Shown here one piece after another: positions 11,589 through 23,899 of a stretch of DNA of 64,000 nt. The stretch is from positions 129,394,001-129,458,000 of the forward strand of contig OX597816.1 of assembly GCA_951406725.2 (NCBI GenBank), in the 5' to 3' direction. The position numbers and the translations under genes were made by a program. Source of the stretch: Octopus vulgaris (Eukaryota). How positions within the stretch are numbered: the stretch's first letter is position 1; every line of letters begins with the position of its first letter. The notes under the pieces are model-generated. The model was given only the letters and a program-made list of their open reading frames with translations, ran no database searches and had not been told where the DNA came from.

Positions 11589-12361
11589 ATGTCAATCATC
11601 ACGGCACACACCTTCACTTACTCTATCTCTCTTTCTCAACCTCTTTCTCTCTCACATACACACGCGCAAGCACACATGCACACACATACACGTCCATTTC
11701 ATATATCTTCTTTCAATTTCTGCTCTCTGCAAATAATTTTTTTTTACGGATACAACTGCTTACAAAAATAGGAATTACTGTATAAGTTCTTTCTGTGTTC
11801 ATAATTAAATCAATGTTTTGATTAGACAGAGGTCCAATAGAATAGCTCTCAGAAGCAGACTACGTACAAATATGTCAATCATCACGACACACACCTTCAC
11901 TCACTCACTCTATCTCTCTTTCTTACCCTCTTTCTCTCTCACTTACACATACACAATCACGCATGCACACACACACACGTCCATTTCATATATCTTCTTT
12001 CAATTTCTGCTCTCTCCAAATAACATTTTTACGTATACAACTGCTTACAAAAATAGGGATTACTGTATAATTTCTTTCTCTATAAACGATATAAACAGTA
12101 GCTGCACGACATCGTGAAGTATATTTGCCACAGGGTAAGCCACAATTAAGTAGCAAATATACTTCACGAAATAAATCAATGTTTTAATGATTAGACAGAG
12201 GTCCAACAGAATAACTCTCAGAAACAGACTACGTACAAATTCGTTCTTCACAACTCCTGAAGCTGTTTTCTGACAAAGCAGGGTGGAGTTAGGAAATTTT
12301 CATACAGCTGGAGGCTCTAATCGAAACAAGGGATCCAAAATGATAAGGTTGAGAAACACTG
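11589..12361. repeat. ~280 bp direct tandem duplication ending in a hAT-like terminus
   Basis: ATGTCAATCATCAC...CAGACTACGTACAAAT occurs at 11589-11871 and again at 11872-12240 with an insert. The terminal AGGTTGAGAAACACTG resembles a hAT TIR. Confidence 0.7.
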
Positions 12362-12435
12362 TTATAGATTATGCCTAACCGAAAACCATCACAGCCACAT
12401 CATCCAAAGAGACCAGGTAAAACCGGTATTAGCTG

Positions 12436-14577
12436 TGTAACAAATAGCCATTTTAGCTATTTTGAAATACGGCGCGAATTGGCAATATGACGTAATGTAT
12501 TGCTGAAGAATTATTATTTTCGTTTTTTTCATTGGTTAATTAACTGCTCATATAAGGATTTTAAAAAGTTACGTAAAGAATATTTGTAATGCATTTCGAT
12601 TTATTAAGTCAAGTTGAACAGTTATAAAAACCCTGGATTTTGGGAAAAACTTTAGTGTTTTGTTGGATGTAACTGAACTCCACGACACTCACTCCTTTGA
12701 GACATTGGTAATTTTCATGCCATGTCTAAAGATAATCATAAGTCTATTTTGATTTGTTGATTAATCTATTAGTTAGATTTACGAATTAGTTAATGAATAT
12801 ATAGTCGTTCTTCTACAGGACGAAAATTGTCTTTCCTTTCTAATGTAAATAATGTAAAATTTTATATAAAGAATTTTCTTTATATAAAAATTCCAATTCA
12901 ACTTCTTTAAAATTTAAAATGTTGCCGATCCATTCGTGTAATTCACATATTTGGTGTGATATTTCTACAGGTTTTTCGAGACCTTTTGTGCCTGAAAAGC
13001 ACAGAAAAATTGTTTTTTCTAGCTTAGATAATTTATCTCATCCAGGTATAGAAGCTTCATTGAAATTAATATCAAGTCGTTTTGTTTGGCCTGGTATGAA
13101 TAAAGATATTCGTTCCTGGGTCAAATCATGTCTGCAGTGTCAAAAATGTAAAGTACATCGTCATATCAAAGCACCATTAGGTACATTTGCAAATCCAGAT
13201 GCGAGATTCCAACATATCCACATCGATATAGTTGGACCCTAAACTCCATGTGAAGATAATATATATTTGTTGACGTGTATAGATCGTTTTTCCAGATGGC
13301 CGGAGGCTTATCCGATAAAGGACGTATCTGCAGTAACTATAGCGAAAACCTTATTTACCAATTGGATGTCTTGATTTGGTATACAAAAACAGTGACAACA
13401 GATCGTGGTAGACAATTTGAGTCTAGGCTGTTCGCAGAATTCAATAAATTGTTGGGGATTAATAGAATTCGTACAACTTCATATCACCCACAATCTAACG
13501 GCATGATAGAAAGGTTTCATAGGCAGTTGAAATCTTCATTAAGAACTTATTCTGATTCTAACAGTTGGTTAGAAGCCATACCAGTGGTATTGTTAGGAAT
13601 TAGAAGTGCTGTTAAAAGAAAATTTACAATATTCTCCTGCTGAACTCTTGTACGGAACAACATTAACTCTACCTGGTCAAATGTTCGAAGAAACCAATTC
13701 TTTTAATGGAGATGTTAATGATTATGTAACTCGTCTTAAGAGATTTCTTACTGATATTCCTTCTTTTACAAGAAAATTGCAAAATGTTATAAGTTTTGTT
13801 CCTTCGGATATAAATTCTTGGACACATGTATTTGTACGTAACGATGCTGCTCATAATTCACTGAAATATAAATACACTTGTCAATTAGAGACAAAACTAT
13901 GACTTTGGAGATGAATGGTAAAAAAGAAATTGTCAATGTCGACAGAGTAAAAGAAGCTTATTTCGACCAATATTCATGTCATGAAAATGAAGATGTGAGC
14001 AATACATATCGACATTACTTGAAACAAAGTGATATTCAAAGCAACAAATCTAATGTTAATGGAAACACAAAGTCAATTTTGAAATCACTTACCGAAGTGA
14101 AAAAGACTAAAAGTGGCAGAATTGTACATTTTCCAAAAACTTTCTCAGTTTGTTTGAGGATTTTCAAAATATTTTTTATATTCCTGGATTATATATATAA
14201 AATTTGTTTTTTTTTCCAGTGAAATGAATTGAACTGTATATGAACATTATAATTGTAAAGCCGTATTGGAAAGGCTAATTTCATATGTTTAACATGTAAT
14301 TTATAAATGCATTGTATATATTGATGTGTTATAACTATTAATTCAAATGTTGTATTGAAAAAAAATATGTATTACGAATTTCTTTTTCGCAAAATTTTAA
14401 CAATTTTTCTAGCGAAAGGCTGAAATGTAACAAATAGCCATTTTAGCTATTTTGAAATGTGGCGCGAATTGGCAATATGACGTAATGTATTGCCGAAGAA
14501 TTATTATTTTCGTTTTTTTCATTGGTTAATATAACTGCTCATATAAGGATTCTAAAAAGTTACGTAAAGAATATTTG
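12436..14577 (+). mobile_element. Gypsy LTR retrotransposon, internally deleted (integrase only)
   Basis: The 5' LTR runs TGTAAC...GAGACA (12436-12704) and is followed by a TTGG PBS-like start. The 3' LTR starts TGTAACAAATAGCC at 14426 and is cut at ~14577. About 5 differences over ~150 aligned bp. Confidence 0.9.
12919..14140 (+). pseudogene. Gypsy integrase, disrupted
   Basis: Zinc-binding SHPG...WPGMNKDIRSWVKSCLQC and rve core HIDIVGP / [10 protein letters not shown] / [17 protein letters not shown]. Contains in-frame stops and frameshifts. Confidence 0.9.
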
Positions 14578-15640
14578 GGATCTTTTCCTTTTGAACGGCA
14601 CATGTCAACACAACCCTAAACCTAAAACAGATTGAAATGCAATAGATCGATACTAGGGTTATAATTATGGGTGACAATTTCATTTGACACCGCTAGAAAA
14701 AATCCCATTTTCCGTAGCGGTGTCGTATGAAATTGTCACCCATAATTATAACCCTCGTATCGATCTATTGCATTTCAATCTGTTTTAGGGTTAGGGTTGG
14801 GGGTGGGGGAAGGGTATCTTTTTTTCTTCGCAAACCCAATTTGTTTCTCAAACGAGGGACATATTCATACAGCACGGAATGTTTTCATCCCAAACGGAGG
14901 TCAGCGACTGGTTAAAATTGCCGAAATGCTCGAAATTAAAGTGGAAATATCTTACAAACTATAGAATTTTCTCAATAAAGCCAAGAAAAAATGATGTTTT
15001 AAAAACACATTCTACCAGTATACGAAGTTTAAAAGTGTTCAGTCAACTAGAAATTGTGTTGACATGTGCCGTTCAAAAGGAAAAGATCCGTTAAATTAAT
15101 TTAATTGTTACGCGTGTGTCTAAAATTATTCGTTTTGTTTTTGTTTTGAGTTTTTGCTTTCATTTTAGCCTTTCGTTTTTTTTTCTTACTTGTTAAATTA
15201 ATTTAAGGATAACAATTAAGAAAAAAAAACGAAAGCAATGGAAAATAATTTTAATTTAACAATTAAGAAAAAAAACGAAAGCAAAAACTCAAAACAAAAA
15301 CAAAACGAATAATTTTAGACACATGCGTAACAATTAAATTAATTTAACAATTAAGAAAAAAAAACGAAAGGTTAAAATTTAGGGTAGGGTGAGGGTTAGG
15401 GTTAGTGACAGGATGTTGTCTCAGTTTTAGACGCAGCAAATGATTTTAGCTCAATAGAGGCAATCGATTGGTTAAAATTCGAAAAATTAAACTATGTTAA
15501 ACTTACAAATTACAATTTTCTCAAGACAGACAAGAGAGAAAAATGTTTTATTTTGACACATTCTACCAGTATACGAAGTTTAAAAGTGTTTAGTTAACTA
15601 GGAATGGTGTTGAAAACTGCCATTCAAAAGGAAAAGATCC
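14578..15640. mobile_element. Composite non-autonomous TIR element (GGATCTTTTCC TIRs) with internal foldbacks
   Basis: TIR GGATCTTTTCCTTTTGAACGGCACATGTCAACACAA at 14578, its reverse complement ending at 15089, and a third TIR ending at 15640. Internal inverted repeats at 14611-14695/14715-14799 and 15090-15161/15277-15348. Short TTAGGG runs. Confidence 0.8.
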
Positions 15641-16039
15641 CGAAGAACATATTATACATACATGTCATTAATATTTGTAGCATTTCATGAGTATATTTCT
15701 CTATGGTGTTATATACTGGAGTTTGGATTTGTGTATAATGATAACACTTAAGTTATAAGTGACGTTCAATCATTATATTCACCCTTACTCAAAAAAGCCA
15801 AATTATTTCCCAACAGAAAACAATAAATAGCATTACATTACTGTAACAAAACTAAATAGAGAATATACTATATTAATATAACTTAAGAGAAAGCTCAAGG
15901 TTTCCTAAAACCAGCTATAGCTGCTAGTATATATATTTTGTATAAAGGATCATGAGTAAGGCCAGAACAATGCAAAGCAAATCCCAAGAAAACAAATATA
16001 TGAATTAATGTAGACTTACCTTGCATTCAATATTTTGAA

Positions 16040-17565
16040 GTTAGAACCCCATTCTCAAGAAACTGACAAATGTTGCCAATGTGCATGTGTGGAGCGGACA
16101 TGCACAGAAAGGTGTTGCTATAGCAACCAGCTAGCTTCCTGTAACTCTCTACTGCTGTTGATGTTTGGATTATGGATTGGTAGTTCAATCGCTCAGGGTT
16201 GGGATTTGGTCTGAATCTCCAGGTGGAGAAGAACTGGGATGAGGTGATGAGCATGTGACCAATCTTGCCCAGGAACTGGCTGAGAGAAAGGTGTCTCTGA
16301 AAAGTTGGGTAGGGTGGTGAATGCATACATCACTTCCATCATATATTACTACTGCCTGACTGTCATGCCCTGCCCCAGTTTGCATGTGACCCAACTGGAG
16401 TGCATACCCTTTTGCTTTCTGTGGAAGGGGTGTGTTCTACAGGTCAGACACTTCATTTGTTGTCAACACCTACTGAATGGAGGACTGAGGGTGATATGGC
16501 TACTGATGCACAGGCATGCACTGAGGCTGCAACATCTCCAGCTATTCCTTGACAGTGACTAGGTGTGGTCACTGTTTGTCAGATTCATTCTTCTACAGAT
16601 CATTTCTTTGGTTGAGCTGTAATCTTTGATCAAGTAGAGACTGAGGCAGGGTGCCTGGCACCTAGAGTGCCATCAGGCAATCACAGTCCTCTGTCAGTTG
16701 AGCAATGCAGTAAGTGGAAGTTCCACTTTGGCATTTTATAGAGGGTCTGTGGTGGGTAGGTGCTATGACATTCTCAGGGAGACTCTGGATGTTGACAAGA
16801 ATCAACTGGCTGGTCTTTTCCAGAGGACTTTCAGGCCAGAGTCCATGAATAGTTTCCAGAAATCTCTGGCTTGGCAGTGCTACTAGGGAGCATTGCTGGT
16901 TCAGGATAAACTCTACAGGTATGAAAGTGCAGTCAGCCAGGCTTACCCAAGATGCATGCAGTACAACAAGACTGTTCTGCACTCTGTTATCCAATGCCTG
17001 AGCATTGCAACCTTGTGGGTTTATGTCAAACACCTGCTGTCATGTGTAGAATGAATTTGGCTATCCACTGTGAAGATCATCCTACTACCTTCCTTTGGCC
17101 AGAAAGGGCAGGCAGTATTTATTTGTTTGGTGGTCTTGACAAAAGGTGGACCAGATTGAAAGGGCTGAATACAGATACTTTCCTCTTTGGCTAAGCCTTC
17201 ATCAATTTTTTCAAGTTTGAAAAAGATGAGGGTAGAGAGGAAAGTCCTACCTCCCAGCAATTTTACTGAAATGTGGGTGAATGTGGCAAGAATGGTCCAA
17301 GTGAAGTATGTGCTTATAGGTAGAAGGAAGACGATGTGAGGAAAGCACTTGCCCTATAACTCCAAGCAACTATGGTTTTTGAGGGGTTTCCACAAGCAGC
17401 CCTAGGAAGTCTCCCTCTTTTGGGGAATTTTTCATTGTTAGAATTTATATTATTGCTTTTACTGTTTACTATTTCTATTTATGTAGCAATTTATCGTATT
17501 GTTCTGTACCATTCCCAATGTTTTTTTCTCCTTTTTGTGAACCCTTAGTGGTAAATAAAGAAAAC
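16040..17565 (+). mobile_element. L1/Tx1-clade LINE 3' fragment, degenerate
   Basis: Remnants of ..QVEKNWDEV..ERKVSLK, GGLRV..HALRLQHL and a C-terminal zinc region LAWQCY*GAL.VQDKL..PRC..TVLH..IQC. T-rich 3' UTR ending in AATAAAG. Confidence 0.75.
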
Positions 17566-18614
17566 ATTATAATGTAAATAACAGATATTCAACATTAGAT
17601 CCCAATTACTTACTGGTTAATACATTTAGCACCATTCATTTAATGTTAGAAATAGTAATAGTAAATAATAAATCTAAATAAATAATAAACAATGATTCAA
17701 ATTTAAAGAAATTGGAAAATGCTTAAGAAGGAGTCTAAAATTAAAGATGTTTTCATTGTATGCATGTGTACATGTGTGTTCTCATGTACACTTATGCATT
17801 TATATGTGTCCATGTACCTGTGCGTGTGTATGTGTGTGTCCATTGGTGTGTGTGTGTGTGTGTATATCCACTGGTGTGTGTGTGTGTGTCCACTGGTGTG
17901 TGTGTGTGAGAGAGAGTGTGTGTGTGTCCATTGATGTGTGTGTGTGTGAGAGAGAGAGTGTGTGTGTGAGTGGAGAGAGAGAGGGAGCAGTACCATATTC
18001 AAAATATTTTGTAAAAGGAAAATCCAAACAGTCTGCTTGTGGTCATCAACAGAGATGCAGACAAACTTTCTCATATGAAAGCAGCTGCATTGACCTCCCT
18101 TGGATATGTTGGCTGCATAAAATGTGGTCTGATAGACAACATTACGACAGTGGGTCAATCATCATCATCTCTTTACATTCATAAGTGATACATGGCTATC
18201 AACTGTCACTGTCCATTTACAACCTTCAACTGAAATATAATTCCTTCATATTTACTATATTTAACTTAACAGCATAATTCTTTATTTTTTCATGCTTTCA
18301 CATATTTTTCCCTATTATTTTCATTGTTCTCATTTTTTAGCATTATTTACAGGCTTTTTACTTGGTATAAATAGTAACCATTATGGAACATGCATACACA
18401 TGCTTATACAAATATCTATTCCTTGCCTTTCACAAATAAAACAACATGCAAATAAGCACAGATCCATACAGATAGATGCATATACTGATACTTATACAAA
18501 CTCTTGCACACAAATAACTGTATTTATATAAGCTACAGATAGGTAAATATAGACAGAGAGATAAATAAATAAATGGATAAGCAGACTGATATACATATAT
18601 ATATATATATATAT

Positions 18615-18850
18615 ACAATTGCAGCGTGGAAGGTGTTTATAAGCCATTTAAGAAACACACAAAAGCCGTTCGATTCACTCCAACATTTAAGTTTAATTTG
18701 TCAAAATATTAAACTTAAATGTTGGAGTGAATCGAACGGCTTTTGTGTGTTTCTTAAATGGCTTATAAACACCTTCCACGCTGCAATTGTTTTCGTTTCA
18801 GCACACGATCTCAGATCAAATTACTTGCTATGCGAGTACATCTCCGTAAT
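18615..18850. repeat. Perfect foldback: 83 bp arms (18615-18697 / 18708-18790), 10 nt spacer, between (TA)n tracts
   Basis: Exact reverse-complement arms. The right arm continues about 60 bp to (TA)n. The sequence is related to 7505-7590. Confidence 0.9.
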
Positions 18851-18862
18851 ATATATATATAT

Positions 18863-19091
18863 CACCATCCGAACGTGGCCGATGCCAGACCCCTCTGGCA
18901 CCTGTGCAGGTGGCACGTAAAAAACACCCACTACACTCGCGGAGTGGTTGGCGTTAGGAAGGGCATCCAGCTGTAGAAACACTGCCAGACTAGACTGGAG
19001 CCTGGGGCAGTCCCGAGCTCCCCAGACCCCGGTCGAAACCGTCCAACCCGTGCTAGCGCGGAAAACGGACGTTAAACGATGATGATGATGA

Positions 19092-19093
<2 letters not shown>
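18863..19093 (+). mobile_element. RTE 3' UTR fragment (young, CpG-rich)
   Basis: Same UTR and (GAT)n tail as 9265-9640. Confidence 0.75.
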
Positions 19094-19142
<49 letters not shown>

Positions 19143-19315
19143 TAGATAGATAGATACATACATACATACATACATACATACATACATACATACATACATA
19201 CATACATACATACATACATACATACATACATACATACATACATACATACATACATACATACATACATACATACATACATACATACATACATACATACATA
19301 CATGCATACATACAT
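19094..19315. repeat. Compound microsatellite (TA)n-(GATA)n-(CATA)n
   Basis: Read directly from the sequence. Confidence 0.95.
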
Positions 19316-19384
19316 ATGTACGTACGTGTGTGTATGTATATATGTTTTTATATGGATATGAATCTGTATCACCCATGGGGGTGG

Positions 19385-19605
19385 GTAGGTGCATAGCTTA
19401 GTGGTTAAGAGTATCCAGTTCATGATTGTTAAGGTCATAAGTTTGATACCTGTATGACATTATGTTCTTGAACAAGACTTTATTTCACATTGCTCCAGTC
19501 CACTCAGCAGGTAAAAATGAGAAGTACCTGTAATTCAAAAAGATCCTACCTTGTCACATTCTGTTTCATGCTGAATTTCCCTGAGAACTACATTAAGGGT
19601 ACATG
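19385..19605 (+). mobile_element. Degenerate tRNA-derived SINE sharing the family C tail
   Basis: Head GCATAGCTTAGTGGTTAAG; tail GTACCTGTAATTCAAA...CCTTGTCACA...GAGAACTACATTAAGGGTACA. Confidence 0.6.
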
Positions 19606-19616
19606 TATATATATAC

Positions 19617-22014
19617 CAGGGGTCTTAACTCAAGGACACTAAGGCAGGGCCATTAGATCTTGGGAGAGAGGTGCAGTGGGCCAAAATCAGCTGAAATGGT
19701 CAGGTATGATGTTATATAACAGGGGTGACCAAACTACAGTTTGCTTGTTGCTTGTGGCTCTTTGACCATGGGTTTATACAGCCTGGGGAAAGATGCTGGC
19801 TGACCTCTTACTTTTTATTCATCACAGTTAATATAATAGTTAAATGAAAAAAGTCAAGTTTTACAATTATTTATTGGATATGAATTGATACCAGCAGAGT
19901 GGTGCTATAGGAACAGCTTTTCTTATTTTTACAGTAATGGGGACTGATGTTTTCCAGGTATTTCAAATAAACTCAAATATAAAATTGTCATGAATCTTTT
20001 TTTGTTTTTTAATTTCAGTATCTTCTATTTTAGTTTCATGCTTCCTGACTATATCATCATGTTTCCCATTCAAGTTGTAACCAGGCAGACACATACACAT
20101 GCATAAGCATATGTTGTTTGCATGTGGAATGTTATTTTCAACATACTTCCAAAACATGTGAGTGTATCATACACACATTTGAAAGTGGCAACAAATAGGA
20201 AAATTTATTTGATGTCGCTTACATTTTTTTTTCACAACTTGTCCCATTTCTTCCTTCATAATGACCATTGTCACATTATCTGCTTAGAATAAATTGGTAT
20301 CAGTTATTAACTCAACAACACTGTGCTACATACACAATTTTTGTCTTTAGGTAGCAACTGTCCTTGAGTAGCACTGAATCTGAAATATTATGGAAAATAG
20401 GTCAGTTTCAAAACATTGATGTCCAGATCACAAAAGCAAAGTTTGAAAGAATATTAGTCATAGATAGAAGCAAATAGGATATAACACTTACTGGCCAAAG
20501 ACAAGAAAAATACAGATTTTGTTACAGTGTAATTTATATTATTTTACTTCATGATGAAGCCTCCTCCCCTTATACAGCAATGAGCGACAGAAACAATTCT
20601 AAATGATAATGTTAGATTTGTTCTTTTAATCAGAGAGCAGAAATAACGGGAGGCATATGTGGTGGAATGCAGTTAAAACTGGTCACAGATGGCCTTGAGC
20701 TTAACTCCAACTGCCCTCTTTTTATGTACATTGATACAGTGTTCAACCTAGTTGGTAGACTTTGGATACGAGCTTTGTTTACAAGTGTCTGTGAAAAGTT
20801 TGCAAAGTAAGATGACATCATCAAATTGTAAGCAACAAAAATATGAAGAGGAAAACAGAAATTGTAAGCCAGAGTGGAAAGAAGGTTTTGCACTTGTGGT
20901 TAAAGGAGGTAAACCTTTGTACCTTATTTACCATTTTTTACTTAGTCCTTATAAAATCAGAAACTTGAAATCCCACTATGAAACAATTCATAAAAACTTT
21001 TCACATGGTTATCCATCCAATGACAGGAGCAAGAGGAGCAAGGAGGGCAACCATCCTCCCCCGCCCCCACCATAGTGAACACATTTTTCAAAATTGGTGC
21101 CTTTTCAACATTTTTTTTTAACCTTTTAATTCACTTGTGTGATAAAAGTTGAAACTCTTCTATGTTGTTAATCGCATAGCTTTGGAAGAACTTTCTAGAA
21201 TCATTACTTTATTTGACCAACCTCCCATGTTTTTGAAATCTGCTCAGTCTCCTATGATGTATTTGGCAACCACTGACATCTGAAAAACCCAAACAAACCC
21301 TGATGTCATAACTTTTCGACACTGGATGATCCAGTGGAGTTTCATCTTATTCACATCACACCTATATCAGTAGTTATAGGTTTCATACATAATGATATTA
21401 TAACTGAAACATGAAATTAATAAATGTAGAATACAATTACATATGCTTTAACTCATGAAATTCTTCATGTAATAGAAGATAGATTAGTTTAAAATTGTTT
21501 AGTATGTGTCATGGCATCTTTTTGTTTTTTTAAGTGCTTGCTTCCTCTAACTTTAGAACCTGGCTACACCTATATGTCCACCCAAATTAGAATTAATGGA
21601 AAACAAGTTGACCATGTTAAAAATCATCACTAAATAACCAAGACACTGTTGATAATGTTCAGCAAGGGAGCCAGTTCAACAACTGAAGCTAATTTTGTAA
21701 TATCATAGAATATTACTTGTGTTAAATGCCGTATTCTTATAGCAAATTTGTTATGAAGAATATAACTGCAGTTGTTGTAGAAAACCCATTGATATACATT
21801 TTTAATGCATCATAAGGTGATTATTAACCAACAATGTACTTTGTGGATCTGTTGGAGCCTATTATTACTTTTCTTGAAGAAAGAAAAGATCCTATCCTCA
21901 ACTGAAAAGTGATCAATGGTTGCAAGATCTAATGTTCTTAACTGATATAATATAAAAATGGTTTAGGCATGAGCCATAGAAAAGTAATTTGTAGGCCATG
22001 TGTTTGAGACTCCT
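19617..22014 (+). mobile_element. Degenerate hAT element (SPIN/Charlie, GTF2IRD2-like transposase) with a nested insert
   Basis: TIR-like CAGGGGTCTTAACTCA and TGTGTTTGAGACTCCT. Transposase remnants KYEEENRN.KPEW..F..VKGGKPL..I..NLKSHYETIHKNF (20812-21015), resuming at ~21575 (STTEANFVIS; QWLQDLMFLTDI). The insert at 21020-21573 is bounded by an imperfect 8 bp TATCCATC/TGTCCACC. Confidence 0.65.
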
Positions 22015-22469
22015 TATTTTAAATATGATGTGTTCAGTGTAGGAAGGGAATCATCATCATCATCATTCTACAAAATTTCAAAAATTGCTTAGTTCATCTT
22101 TATCCAGAAAAAAAAATTGAGCTTAATTCACATTCCGTCACATTGAAATTTAAGTTGTGGCATCAGTAATAAACAAGCAAAGGATAGGCACAGCAGATTC
22201 CAAGCATTGCAAAAACAATTAGTCACCTGGCAATTAAGTTTGGTAACATTAGTCAATGATGAAAACAAGCTGGATTACACTAATTAACATTACTACTTAT
22301 AAATTGAAAGCTAATAAATATGCAGTTTTCTGTTAATATATCCATGTTTAATGGGCAAATATATTTCATTTGAATAATGCATTCAAGTACATTAATTAAA
22401 TTTCTAAATTAGCAATAATTTAGAAAGATATAAAAAAATATTTTCTTGTCCCAATATATCAGTTTCAAA

Positions 22470-23355
22470 TTTTGAGACAAGGCTACTGAGTCTGGAGCAG
22501 CAGGTAATCCAATTACATTGACTCCAGTGCTTGACTGGTACTTAGTTTATCAATCCTGAAAGAGTAAAATTCAAAATCCACCCTGACAGAATTTGAACTC
22601 AGAACATAAAGACTGACAAAATGCTGCTAAGCATTTTCCCTGGTGTGCTAAAGATTCTCCCACCTTCTCTTGTTTCAATATATCAGCACTTAAAGGCAAC
22701 GAGCTGGCAGAAACATTAGCATGACAGGCGAAATGCTTAGCGGTATTTCGTCTGTCTTTACATTCTGAGTTCAAATTCCAACGAGGTCGACTTTGCCTTT
22801 CGTCCTTTTGGGGTCGATAATTTAAGTAACAGTTGTGTACTGGGGTCAATCTAATCAACTGCCCCCTCCCCCAAAATTTTGGGCCTTGTGCCTAGAGTAG
22901 AAAAGAATATATCAACACTTAATAAAGTGGTGAGCTGGCAGAATCGTTAGCATGCTAGGCAAAATGCTTAGTGGCATTTTGTCTGTCCTTACCTTCTGAG
23001 TTCAAATCTGCTGCAGTTGGCTTTGCCTTTCATTATTTTGGAGCCAATAAAATAAGTACCAAAGTACCAGTTGAATGCTGAGGTCGATGTAATCAACTTA
23101 TACCCACACCTAAAATTGCTGGCCTTGTACTAAATAAAGATGGTGAACTAGCTGAATCAAGAGCATGCAAGGAAAAATGCTTAGCAGCATTTCTTCTGTC
23201 TCTATGTTCTGAGTTCAAAATCCACTGAAGTCAACTTTGACTTTCATCTTTCCAGGGTTGACAAAATAAGTACCAGTTATGCCCTGGGCGTCAATATAAT
23301 CAATTTATTCCCTCCCCTCAAAATTGCTAGCTCTGTACCAAAATTTAAGCCAATA
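22470..23355. mobile_element. SINE family B cluster (one minus-strand, three plus-strand copies)
   Basis: Family B head and core at 22470-22670 (-), 22692-22910, 22925-23135 and 23138-23355. Confidence 0.85.
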
Positions 23356-23799
23356 TATCAACACTTATTAGTCTATAACAGTTTGCTTAAAAATATATTC
23401 AACTTTGTAAATAATTCACTAACTCACAAAAATACAAAGCTAAGACATCAATATTCTTCAGAAAGCTTTAAACAGCTCTTGTGGCAAATTTGTAAAATGT
23501 TGTTGAATATCCCTTCTCTATTGAATGTGTCATATACATAAATACATACATACTATATATATATATATATTATGTGTGTGTGTGTGTGTACACCCATATG
23601 GTGCTGGTGTCATGTAAAAAGCACCCAGTAAACTCTGTAAACTGTTGGTATTAGGAAGAGCATCTAGCCATAGAAACCATACCAGAACAGACAATGGGGC
23701 CTGGTGCAGCCCCCAGCCTTATCAGCTCCTGTCAAACCCTCCAACATATGCCAACATGGAAAACAAACATTATATGATGATGATATATACTCATATGCT

Positions 23800-23877
<78 letters not shown>

Positions 23878-23899
23878 TATATGTATGTATGTATAAATA

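Noticed and set aside
14785-15406. TTAGGG runs as an interstitial telomere
   Set aside because: Only 2-4 imperfect units, embedded in a TIR element.
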